Shown: positions 22,965-34,069 of the stretch, piece by piece
Layout: each line of letters starts with the position of its first letter
How positions within the stretch are numbered: position 1 is the stretch's first letter
Origin: Macrostomum lignano
Lineage: Eukaryota
Assembly: GCA_002269645.1 (NCBI GenBank)
Contig: NIVC01004808.1
Location: forward strand, 1-34,645
DNA: 34,645 bases
Reading direction: 5' to 3'
Program-made: the position numbers and the translations under genes
The notes under the pieces: model-generated
What the model saw: the letters and a program-made list of their open reading frames with translations, nothing else
Database searches by the model: none
What the model was told of the DNA's origin: nothing

Positions 22965-23613
22965 AAGGAAAAAACTACAAATCGCATGTTTGAATATAAG
23001 TAGAATTTCTTAGAAACAGAATCCAAATTAAACACTTTAAATATACAAGGATCTATAAGAATCATGGAAACTCACAAAATAATAAGAGATACCAAGCCGT
23101 TACACAACACTGATGTGAGGATTATAAAGCTATATAAGTTGTTCTGGCAGTGCGCACAGTATTAAAAAATTCTAGAATTAACTCAAAGATTAAAGTTTCC
23201 CTTGAAATTAATTAGATTCAACAACAGAAAAAAGTAGGTGATGTAGTCAAATACTCCTTCGACTTCCGCGGTTGTCGTCATACTGCCAGAGCGCATCCAA
23301 GTTGAACTCATGTAGCCATACATGTATAAATGTACAGAAAGAACAAGATAGCTGTATCAGAAGGCTATCTAAAAATAAGTATTTGCCAGTAAAAAAACAT
23401 TTTTTAAAAATACACATCATGCTTTGGATAGTACGTAGCTCGTAAATAGCAACACAACAAAGCAGAGTCCAAAGATCGGTTAAGCATTCGCTTTTGATGA
23501 TTGAAGAAAGGCCGAAAGCGGTTCGGAAAAATCGCAAGAAATTCAATAGTTCGACATGTTCGTTGCTTCTATATGCGTCCAAAAAACATCACATGAGCCA
23601 GCTATAAAGTTTA

Positions 23614-24645
23614 TCAAGGCTGCTGCTGAAGCAGCAGCCGCACCGCCTCTTCAGTCACAGCCGAGTTGGCCACGGCGACGGCACGGATGACGCCATTCAA
23701 TATGAACTTGCCTGGATACCGCCAGCCGATCTTGATGCAGGCGCCAGCATTGTTATATTTAAATTTGGAACCGTTGCCAGAGTTCAGGGGCTCAGTTAAA
23801 AAGGCGGATCCCAGCAGAAATCGGCGTTCACCTGACGGCTTATCTGTTGACAAGCCAGCGATGAAGAAGCGCTCAGGGTCGGCGGGCAGCACAGAGCAGG
23901 TTTGGACCCAGTTTTTGTCGCCAATATTGGAATACAGACATCGCGTCTTTCCTGCAACAAGGCTGTATTCACAAAAGTGGCTTGAGTATGAGCTCATGTC
24001 TTCTAATGATCCGCAGTTGTCCAGCTCGATGAAGCACTGTTTCTTGGGAGTTCTCTTCAGGTGCAGCACCCAAGTGTAGGACGCCGTGAAGTCCAGACCT
24101 GTGGGGTCGTCCACCCACAGCCGAGACGAGACTCCGTCCATGCGAGCGCCCTCACTCGTCCAGGTCACATTGAGCGACTTCATGGGGTTCCTCTGTCCCT
24201 CGGAGCCGCACACCAGGTTCTCCAGCGCCGGTCCCCTGTCTCCGACCCACACAGAGCTGAAGTGCTCGTTCGCAGCGATCGCGTCGTACTCCGAGTCCAC
24301 CACGGTCTCGCAGGTGCTCTCAGCGGCCACTGCCTCAGTCGGTGTCGTCGAGCTCAAGTTGAGCAGGTGGCACACCTCACCGAAGCGGAACAGCGCGCAC
24401 GAGGCGTCTCGCTTGTTCCGCTGCACCACACCGACGCTGCCGAGACGGAACGACCGACTCGACACGAAGCAGTCGAGCAGGGAGGCGGAGGGTCGCGACA
24501 GCTGCCACACAGACAGCGACAAGTTCAGGCAGTCATTGTTGGCTACTCTGTGCTGTGTAGTTTTGTCTCCGTTCACACAGTCAGAGACCGAGAGCAGGGC
24601 GCACAGAACAGCGAGATGTAGGAGGCTGGACATTTTGCGGCGCAT
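23614..24645 (-). CDS. Secreted protein: signal peptide + degenerate PAN/apple-like module + concanavalin A-like/LamG_3 domain
   Basis: Start at 24645 or 24633. Signal-like MSSLLHLAVLCALLSVSDC. Cys pattern SLLDC..CALFRF..CHLL. LamG_3-like ARMDGVSSRLWV..LDFTASYTW and FILNGVIRAVAVANSAVTEEAVRLL. Single exon, tandem stops TGA TAA. Confidence 0.75.
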   Translation of the reverse strand: MRRKMSSLLHLAVLCALLSVSDCVNGDKTTQHRVANNDCLNLSLSVWQLSRPSASLLDCFVSSRSFRLGSVGVVQRNKRDASCALFRFGEVCHLLNLSSTTPTEAVAAESTCETVVDSEYDAIAANEHFSSVWVGDRGPALENLVCGSEGQRNPMKSLNVTWTSEGARMDGVSSRLWVDDPTGLDFTASYTWVLHLKRTPKKQCFIELDNCGSLEDMSSYSSHFCEYSLVAGKTRCLYSNIGDKNWVQTCSVLPADPERFFIAGLSTDKPSGERRFLLGSAFLTEPLNSGNGSKFKYNNAGACIKIGWRYPGKFILNGVIRAVAVANSAVTEEAVRLLLQQQP

Positions 24646-26200
24646 TGCAAGCTTCAGTGAGTCAGTAGAAGAGAATTCTGCCAGTATGGAGAGACTCGGC
24701 ATCGGATTTTATGGCAGTTTTGAGCTTTTGGCTGATCAGTGAAGGCGTTTTAATTGCCCAAGACAGCGCATAGGCTGCATGCAGCAAGTATTACTGGGCA
24801 AACGAAGTCATTGCCAATCAGCCATGCAGAAGAAGAGACGGAGGGAAAGCACGAAGTCGCAATGCGCGCTAAATCCGAACGACTTTAAGCAGATCCATTA
24901 ACAGGAAGCGAGACTATCTATAGGAGTTGCGAAAAAGATAATTTAGACCAAGAAATTGTTTCATCACGTCCAAATATAGGTGATGCTTTATAGCGAGTAT
25001 TTGTTCGCAGCTTTTCAGCAAGTCTACTTGCTGAGCGAGTGAGGTCCCATTTCCTGACTGTATGCAAATAAACAAAAACCATTCGTATAACAAGTGCAGT
25101 TACCGGTTCATTCGTTTCATTTTAAAATGGTATATTTTTATCGATTTTAGGCCGATTTATGCAACTCAAAGCGCATTGAAACAGTTCAATATGATAGTTG
25201 GTGGGGATTAGATAGACAGAGGTCTGTGGGTTAAGAAGGCGGGATGCCTGATAGGAAGGTTTGGGAATTGGCAAAGGCCTGCGCAGACAGCGATTCTGGA
25301 TAGGGAATTGGCAAATCGCCAGGTTAGAATAGTAGTCTGGGGAAGATCAGTGTGATTACTCAATTGGGAAGAGACTGTACACTCAGTTAGGGAGGGGAAG
25401 GCGAAAAGGCTGTACGCTTATAGCGGAACAAAAAGGGCCTTCTCAGGGAAGAGGGGAGAGGCTGTACAATCAGAACTGAACAAGACCTCTTTAGGGAAGG
25501 GAAAAAGGCGAGGGCGCCTTCAAAGGAATGACACTGAGTCTGATCTATTTTTAGAACAACTGTTCATGCGGCCGAAAGGCAAAGGCCAAATAGAAGCTTA
25601 GGCGGCAACAGAATCCGATATATTTGCTCGTATATATACGCTATTTAATAAAAATGGCGGACACTTTTTAACAAAACCTTGAAAATAGTAAGCACTATGA
25701 GCATATTTGAGACAGAAAATGATATTTAGGCTACTTTTAATGATCAAATAGATAGGAGTAATTTGCTAATAAAGGAATATATATTTTTCATAACGCATTT
25801 AACGAGTAATATACATAAGGTAAGCAATTATTACAATATCACTATATCATAATTAAAAGATTCAATAATAAGAAAATAATAGAATACTACGGTATAGTTT
25901 TAGGCTTGGAATTCCACACTTACTTTGCTAGAATATTTTAGTATATCATTCAAATTTTGAAGACACTTGCCACCTTTTCAAACTGCTTTGCTTTAAAAGT
26001 TGACACGCTAGTTTCTGTTTTCGTAGCTACCTGAATTTAAGAACCAAGAAAATCTTGCTGTACGAGTTACTATCTACTATCTACTGTACTGCAATACTAC
26101 TTAATGCAAAGACTGTCTTCAGAATATTTGTCGCATTGAGGAAAAACTGTTTTTTAAATTGATAGTTACTGACATACTGTCATAAATTACTTTACCGTCT

Positions 26201-26665
26201 TCAATTTCTTGTCAATTTTTTTTGCTGCTGCTTAGAAAGTTTCAGAAGCTGGTCCAGTTTGGATTCAATGCTTAAAATTCGCTGCTCCTGCCGCTTCAGC
26301 TCTGTAAACACCGTCTGACCGCTGTTGGTCTCCTGCTTCTTTTTCGGAGTCAGATTCGGTCCCGCAGACATATTTTCTTCAAATACCTTTGTCTCCTGGT
26401 GCAGCGAATCGTGCCTGTGATAGCTTACCTTTCCTAATTGGCCTTGAATATTCGCATCGTCCAGCATCTCCTGCAAATCCATTTTTAACTCCGACAGTTC
26501 CTTCCCCGTGTGCGCCTTCACCACGTCAAAGTCGTTTCTGTTCCACTGGGTGTCGCGCAGCAAGCGGGACCGGCACCAGCGGAACTGTGTCGCCTGGAAC
26601 TTCAGGAACCGATTGTACTCTTCGGGGTAGTCCTTCTTGTCTTTGAGCCACCAAAGGATGGTTTT
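26201..26665 (-). CDS. TRP channel last exon (C-terminal coiled coil)
   Basis: Acceptor ttttgcatttcag|AAA in phase 0 with the donor at 26771. Ends ELKRQEQRILSIESKLDQLLKLSKQQQ. Confidence 0.8.
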   Translation of the reverse strand, partial: KTILWWLKDKKDYPEEYNRFLKFQATQFRWCRSRLLRDTQWNRNDFDVVKAHTGKELSELKMDLQEMLDDANIQGQLGKVSYHRHDSLHQETKVFEENMSAGPNLTPKKKQETNSGQTVFTELKRQEQRILSIESKLDQLLKLSKQQQKKLTRN

Positions 26666-26771
26666 CTGAAATGCAAAAGAGAATTTTCGAAATAGTATAG
26701 ACGTGATTAAAATAAATGACTCCAATACAAATAAATGAGCTGCAACAAAGAGATTTCGAAAAGTCACTTAC

Positions 26772-29700
26772 GTCATCAGCACTTGCGATATTTTCATCTT
26801 CGACAGCATTTTTCGTGCAAAACTTTTTAGAGCATCGACTGACTATGAACAAAACAAATTTAAAAATGTACTCCAGAAAACTCAATGGCGGCGGAAGTAG
26901 AGTCGACTGCCGGTACTCCTGCAACATCTGGACGAACCGCTTTCTCCAGACGCCGATCGCCACGCCATAAATCTGTGTGACTCGCAAATTGAACAGTGCA
27001 ATCAGCAAGTTCATCATCACAACATTCACCAGGCCCATGAATAAGAATATTATTAAATAGTTAAACCATTCATAGCCTTGCTTAATGGCGACCTTTCCTA
27101 GCTTCGTGCTATCTGGAGAGTAGCTCAACTCGATCTGATCGAAGTTGCCGAACAGCAAGTTCAGAGGTATCGTGGCAGCTTGAACAAACGTTTCCCATCC
27201 GTTGCTTAGAGTAGCGAGTCCTTCTGTCGGAGTCCAGACGTCCGAAAACAGCAGACACACAAAGAATACTCCAAAGCAGCTGAAAATCACGAACAAGACC
27301 ACCAAGAAAGGCAACAGGTCGTAAACAATTAGATTCCAAAGCATGTTAATCATTGGCCCAACGGTCTCAAAGTAGCTCAGGAACGAGACGGATCGAAAGC
27401 AGAACAGTGAGTACGACACGCACAGGACAACTTGACTGGAATAAGCATCTTGTAGATGAAAGCCCATCCCATAATATAGCCATCTTGTAGAAAGGCCGGC
27501 CAGCAGAAACAGAATCGCCAGAGCATCGAAAATATTGAGCCCATCAACAATGTAGGCGGGAACAGATCGTACGTGAGAACCGATCTTGCAGTTCTCTCTA
27601 GCTTTTCGTTGTCTCCAGATTTCACTCAGTTCTTGCAAGCCAAAGGAAAAAAGATAGGCAAAAAGAAGAGCGTCAAACTGTGGTTTTAAGAAACTGTCCT
27701 CGAAATTAATAACGTACCAACCAAAGAATACGAGGAAACATATGAATGCGACAAAGTGGGTCCAAAACCTTGCCAGTGGAGAATCCGGTCTCGAAATTTT
27801 TGGCCTGCAGCTGCAAGCGCTGGGGCAGCAGTCGCACGGAAGACAGCAGTTTCCGGATGAACCTCGCTTTGAGCAGTTTGAAATGGGCTGCCTCCACTCC
27901 TCTTTGGTGACTGAATAGATGCAGTCCGTGGCAAACAGATCCGGGTTGTCAGCTATTTTCACCAGATCAAGTATGCTTTTATACTTAATTTTCTCTGGAT
28001 TCCCGTCTTTAAAGACTCGGTACGGAAACTTCGGTCCCAAACAGTCGCGATTTTCCTTCTTTGCTGCTGCTTTGCTATCTAAAGTAAAATGCTTCATTTC
28101 ACCTTTAATGTACTTGAACAGCAGCTCGAACTCGATGCTGTCAGCGTTAACAAACAGCTCATTGAGTGCGTTCACTGCAATGTTCGTGATCTTGCTTTTT
28201 AGTTGAAGCAGCTGCTCATGCTTGCCCTTTGCCTTGGCTCTCATCTTGATGATCTCGGGGTCCAGCTGGATGAGCAAGCTGAGGCAGCACGGAATAAGCT
28301 CGAACTGTCGAGTCAGAATCAGATCAGGCAGGATCTCATCACGATGAAAGAATGTGGCCAAGTCTAGAAGCGCCAACTCAGAATTGGGATCCACATGAGT
28401 CAGGTGCTTGAACGTGTTCTGTCTGGAAAAAGCTCGCTGGATTTCTTCGTCTTCCGTTACTGTGTCAATGAAATACTGCGTAAATTGTCTCTCGGTTTCA
28501 CTCGTGATAATGTTTAGGCTGAGTGCCGCACGAAACAGCTTTCTGGAGTCCATTTCTAGCGCTTTGATCAGAACTATCTTGTCCGTTTTTTGCTGCTTTG
28601 TACTATAGTCATTGGTTATAGACACCAGAGTCATTCTCGCCGCTGACCTGTTGGGAAGTTTAAGCGCTCTTCTCGGCGGATCCAGAAGGCGCCATATGTC
28701 CGTCATTTTGATTTCTTTCTGAGAGGTAAATGCATCAGAGCTTGGAACGTTATTCTGGTTCTTTTTGTCTTCCTGGACAGCTTGAAGGAGATCGTATAAG
28801 TTTCCGCTTTCAAAGGCATAGTCAACGCATGTCTGCCCTGAATGCGATTCGCTCCAAAGGCTCAAGCCATTTTCAAGCAGGAAAATTATATTTTCTTGAT
28901 GTCCGTAAGCGCAGGCAAAGTGCAAGCAGGTCTCTCCGTGCTGCGAGTTTTCGCAAGATTGTAGCTTGACTTTTTCTTTAAGCAGGCTATTTGGAGGACT
29001 CTTCGATACAGTTTCTATACTTTCCAACATCAAATTCTTTAGCTTGTACTGACCTGAAAATGTGTGAATTATGTGAGCGCCAGTCTTTGAATTGACCAAA
29101 AGTTTATCGAAGTGACTCCTGGCAGTTTCGTCCGAATGAACTTTATCCAGCAGCTTGCAGAGCACCAGAGCATCAAGCTTTGTTGCGTGCAGGCAGTTCA
29201 AACTGAGATTGTTGGTGGCTTCCACATCTACTCCCTTCTCGACGAGTAGCTTGAATCGATTCAAAAGGTGCTGCTCGAAGCCATCATATGTTAATTTGCT
29301 CTGCATCAGCGAATGTAGCAAAGTGTTTCCTCCTATGTCGGTGAGGCAGAGCTCATCCGTTGTCATCTCTTCGATAATGTTCGTAATGTTTAGTTTCTGA
29401 AAATTGTCCATCACGTCGATCGCCAGGTGAAGCACCGATTGATTTTTGTTATTTAGTTTGCTTAAAGCTTTCTTCATATCAACTTCTTCGTGAGAGAACA
29501 TTGTCTCCAATAATTCACTTTTATCTGTTCTCTGTGCAGCAATGTGGAAGATTGTGTTGCCCTCTTTGTTGGCAGTCTGAAGGTTTTGGCCTTCTTTTAT
29601 CTTAGTAAGCAGCACTCGAACAGTTTCCAAGCTGCAATTTTCAACAGCGTAATGAAGAACTGTGGATTTGTGCTTGTTCTCATCCATGAGACAGTCGAGT

Positions 29701-30682
29701 TCAGTCGGTGGACTCTGACTCTGTTCAATGGCGGCTTCAACAGCTTTCAGAAGCACTGCATCTCTTTTGGGGCGCTGAGCGATCGCATGCAGACATGTGT
29801 TGCCCTGCTTGTCTTTCAATTTATACCAATTTGGCAGCGATTTGTCTAATAAGAGTTCAATAAGTTCGGTTGCTACTTTCTCGTTGTTGTGCCGAAGGGC
29901 CAAGTGTAGAACCGTTTCTCCCAGCTTGTTTGTAGGCTTTAACCAATGAATTTCGCTTTGTGATGAAGTCTTCATTCGTGACACAAACTTAATGGCATCG
30001 ACTTTGTTTTTAGCAGCAAAATGACCCATGGTATTGCCATCAATATCTTCTCCGCCAAGAATGTCCTTTGAATTGCCTATTCCATGCACAATCTTCTCAA
30101 TAACTTCTTCGTGCAATACTGAAGTACATGGTGCAACACTGTTGCATTTCTATTGTTTCTCCATTTCAAGCAAGCTTTAGAAGCTATTCTCGTCACTGTA
30201 AGCATCATTTGGCAGTCTTGAGAATTTTGAGCAGCCCAGTGAGCGCAGGTGTCTCCGTTAGCGTCTTTCAACCTAAACATGTTGACCTTTTTTACAGCTT
30301 TGAAGTTCTGTTCCCAAGACTTAGCTGAGTGATAGCGCGCTGACAGATGCAACGGAGTGATTTCGTCAACGTCAGGACTTGTGAGGCAGCCTGGTCCGAA
30401 TCTCTCGATGAGTTCAGCGAGTGCAGCTTCTCCAAACTTGTTCATGGCTGCATAATGAGCGGCTGTTCTGCGATTGTCGTCACGTAGCAGCTGCAGAGTT
30501 GCACTTTCAGCAGTTAAAATTTTACTGACGTCACTGAATTGGCATTGATTTGCACGCAGATACAGTCTCTTGCTTGGATCTTTTTCAATTGCATCAAAGT
30601 CTATTCCCCAAACAGTCACGGTCCTTTTTAAAGTAGATACTTGTTTTGCGGCGCGCTGTAAACGTTTAAGTTTGTCCGCCAT
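26772..30682 (-). CDS. TRP cation channel main exon: ~15 ankyrin repeats + MHR4-like linker + 6TM + TRP box (1-nt frameshift at ~30111)
   Basis: Repeated G-x-T-x-LH-x-A motifs, S1 SPLARFW, S3 LNIFDALAILF, S4-S5 VGPMINM, S6 NVVMMNLLIALFN, post-S6 W...LQEY...LLPPP. Donor GAC|gtaagt at 26771. ORFs 30077-30682 and 26526-30116 join at YC-T-EEVIEK if one base is restored, giving ~1458 aa. Confidence 0.9.
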
Positions 30683-30879
30683 GGAAGAGGCTTTAATGCT
30701 GCTGATTGACAGGTAAGGATCTGCAAATAAGTGTTAGAGAGTTTTTTAAAAACTGGTTAACAGCATTTATATTACAATGATTACGTTAAATTACTATTGC
30801 TCATAAATAACTTTTTTATCTTAATAACAATAACAATTGGTTACACAAGTCATTATTGGGCCAGATGTGCAACCGACAG

Positions 30880-31102
30880 CTCAGCCGCAGCTATTGCGCG
30901 GCGCATCTGAAGGCTGCGTACGGCTGTTCAGTCAAAGGACTGGGGGGTCGCCACACACCCTCAATTACCCCAGTTAATGCTGACACCCTTTTACAGCTGG
31001 ATGAACTGGGAGGACGCAAATTGTTCCAGTGGGATCGGGGATCGAACCCCCGATTTCAAGTCGTGATTCCGACGCTCGAACTGCTAGGCTACAACCACTA
31101 CC
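30880..31102 (-). mobile_element. tRNA-derived SINE with CORE-like central segment
   Basis: Minus strand has an A-box-like TAGCCTAGCAG, a B box GGTTCGATCCC (31038-31048) and then CCCAGTTCATCCAGCTGTAAAAGGG. It lacks a complete tRNA cloverleaf. Confidence 0.7.
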
Positions 31103-31789
31103 TAACTTTTTATCTTTGCTATTTTATTTAAAAAACTTGTGCCCGCAAACAAAAAGTCATCCAGTCTCCCAGCAGGTTTTCTGCTAAAACTCAGCTGTTT
31201 ATGACCTTTCAAAGTTCACGCTCTTTAACAGTAGGAATACCAAGCCATTTTTCCGCCTGTCGAGCTACCATGAGGGTGGGGGGGTATTCCCCCTGGTAGT
31301 TTTCTTTGCTACGCCGGGACAAAGCAGCACAGAAACACGAAATTCAAGAACACGGGCTAACTTTTTGTTGCTCAACTTCTCCTCCATTCCGGTGCAGCAA
31401 AAATATCAAGGGGGGGGGGTTATTATACAACTGAGGCGCGACGCAAGCAATTTTTTTAAACGGCGGTTTTGTGTCTTTATATCTGATGTATTGAAGTTCT
31501 GAAAGTGAAACAAATGCAACTTTTCAAAGCAATCTTACAAATGAAATCAAAGTACGTATTTAGACCCCAAGAGAACTGACGTCTAAGCGCTTGACCGTAG
31601 TTTATACGGGCTCGTACTCATTGGAACCGGTCTAACTTGATAGAGTCCTCCCTCTAGATTTTCTTAAGCCTCATCTCTCTCTTCCTCGTTTAAATTTCTA
31701 CTTTTAAACAAATTCAATTGCGGTTCGGAGAAGTCCATGTCATGTACTAATGAGAACTCGCCGCTCGCATGGAGTGCTCACTTGTAACT

Positions 31790-31870
31790 GCTTTAGAGCG
31801 TCGTTAGAGTGTCGTACTCACGACTGACAGGCCGGGGGTTCGATTCTGGACCTACTAGAACAATTTGTGT
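31790..31870 (+). mobile_element. Second, truncated copy of a related tRNA-derived SINE head
   Basis: B box GGTTCGATTCT (31837-31847). Shares GAG(C/T)GTCG..TCACGACT..CGGGGGTTCGAT..ACT(A/G)GAACAATTTG with the 31102 copy. Confidence 0.6.
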
Positions 31871-32689
31871 ACCTAATGAACTATTGCCTTGTTGACTCTC
31901 TTTTGACGTATTAATAAACTTATGGAAATTATTTACGCATTAAAAAGTTAAAGGGGAAAGTTACATACGTTTCTTCGAGTCCGTACAATATTATAGCAAA
32001 TATAAACAACTTTGTTTACTAACTTACTGAAATAATGTGAGTTTAAAAAATTCCTTTAGAGCTTCTGACGAGCAAATTTTTACTAGCAGCAGCGTTTACT
32101 GGTAGCTTTATTAGCACCTGCTGTAGTTTTTATCTATTCACCAAAGCGAAACTTTGGTTGTAAATAGAATTTTGAAACTGCGGGTAGAGTTGAGTTGAAC
32201 AGCTGGGGGTAGCTTATTGAGTCTTTTTAGCTCGCACAATACCCACTGCACCGACCCCATCACTGGCCTGGCGTCTAAAGCATTGTAACAAATTGGCTTT
32301 GACTCTGTTTCTATATGAATGAGTTTTACAAGAAAGTCTAAAAGATTCGAGAGACCCCAGCTCTAACTACTGTCCCTATTCAAGTTGTGTAACTCTTTCT
32401 GAAGTTTTTTATTGTAGGCGTAGCTAAAAGCAGCTCTGCTTTCTCATATTATTAGATAGATGAGACCCAGCAGAAAAATTCCATTTAGTTTCGAATTTTC
32501 CTGCGGAGAAAAAAACAATAAAATGGCTGTTAATAAATAGCATCACTGGTTTTGGCCTGCAGTTTTGTAGTTGAAATATATGACCATTATAACAATAGGA
32601 CAGCGAGCACAACAATGGGCAGGGGAGAGGAGGCAAATGAAGAGCAGTACGGGCCCAAGGCAAGCTGACATGGATCGACGGACCGCTAC

Positions 32690-34069
32690 CGCCCGTCGGT
32701 ACCCGCTACCGCAGAGATGTACCGCGAAACCGCCGATCTGCGCCCATCTCCCAGCAGTTTGATGCGGTCCACGCTCATCCCAGCATTGAAAGCAAACGTC
32801 ACTTCACAACGCGAGTGCGCAAAGAAGCTGGAAGCCTCCAGTCCGGTCTTGCAAAACAGGCGATGCAGGCGGTGGCGGATCCACCTCTGAGTCGGCGGCC
32901 GCCAAGATCGCGGCTCTGATGAAACTGAGAATATGGGGAGACTCTGAGACGCATCAGAAAGGCGATTCAGCTGCCAGTGATGTCGGAGCGCAGCCACAGG
33001 ACACAATTTGAGAGCAGCTGCTGAACTCGGGCCCATGACCGGGAGCTGGATGATGTGAACGCGCTCACCGAACTGCACTTTCTTTGAACGAGCTATATAG
33101 ATGGTAGCACCAGCACGGCTCAACTTGACGTCAGAGATCTTGATCTCGCTCGCCGAGTCACTAAATTTCTTTCGGGCGCACAGATTACCGAGGCGAAGCA
33201 TGTCAGCCAGCCCGTGAGCACGAGAGCCCACAGGAGCCCGCAAAGCAGAATCTGCTGGTGAATGCGCATCAAATGCTCCGGTCGGAGCGGTTGCTTAGTG
33301 GCTGGGGTCCACGACTTGCTTCGATCCCGTCTAATTCAGTTTAGGATGAGTGGCAAAATTAGAGCTGTACAACTTCGTCAAGACCGAGGCAGCGGCAATA
33401 CCAGCTCAACGCTGGCAGATGAAGTTGAAGACTGTTGAACGAAAGGTGAAAAGAGATGTCGGAGAGGTAGAGTACGAGAAGCTCCACCGTGGGCTGCTCA
33501 GGTCGTTCATTTAGCCCTTAACAGAAGCGACACCAGACTCGCCAGACAGACGCGTAGGTCAGCCGCGTCGACTCCTTCAGAGACAAGTCGATCAGATGAG
33601 CCGCCTGCCCCCGAAGCCGCCGCACCGCAGGGTCAGGACCTGTAAAAGCAGAAAATGGGAGGCAGCAGAAACAGCTTGTGGGAAGCAAATTCAGACGGGC
33701 ATACTTGCACAGTGCCATAAAACCCATGCAAAAGTTAATGAGGCCAGTCCGAGAGTGAAGACGCGAAATAGAATCAGCATAAGTTTTGACACTAGCCCGG
33801 CACATGAAAGAACTTCAACACAACGTTGTTTGTGAAGCAGAAGGGACCAACAGTCTGAAGCAAACGCAACAGCTTAGAGTCATTTAGAAGCAGCCTTGTT
33901 GAGAATGCAGACAGCTGGATCATTGTCAACGTAGCAAACAACCTTGCGCACTGGCTCAGCAGCGGGCGAAGAGTGAGAAGTGGCAAGAGAGCTCATCAAT
34001 CCGGCTGCTCCACGACGCCAGCGTTCCGTATCGAAACTCTATTAAAAGTCACTACCGTCAAATCGCATT
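32690..34069 (-). mobile_element. Decayed DIRS/Ngaro-type element: RNase H + tyrosine recombinase
   Basis: RNase H: KVVCYVDNDPAVCILNK..FFHVPG..ADSISR. YR: STRLTYASVWRVWCRFC..MLRLGNL..RSKKVQF..LCPVAAL..AHSR..TFAFNAG..IKLLG..SAVSRYI. Stops and frameshifts throughout. Confidence 0.88.

Noticed and set aside
23247-23582. 111-aa ORF downstream of the secreted protein
   Set aside because: No motifs, AT-rich, probably 3'UTR or intergenic.
25200-25550. G/A-rich stretch with short direct repeats (GGGAATTGGCAAA x2, GGCTGTAC x2)
   Set aside because: Possibly an old retroelement fragment, but no diagnostic motif could be read.
31020-31102. tRNA gene
   Set aside because: A and B boxes are present but there is no full cloverleaf, and it continues into SINE-like body sequence.
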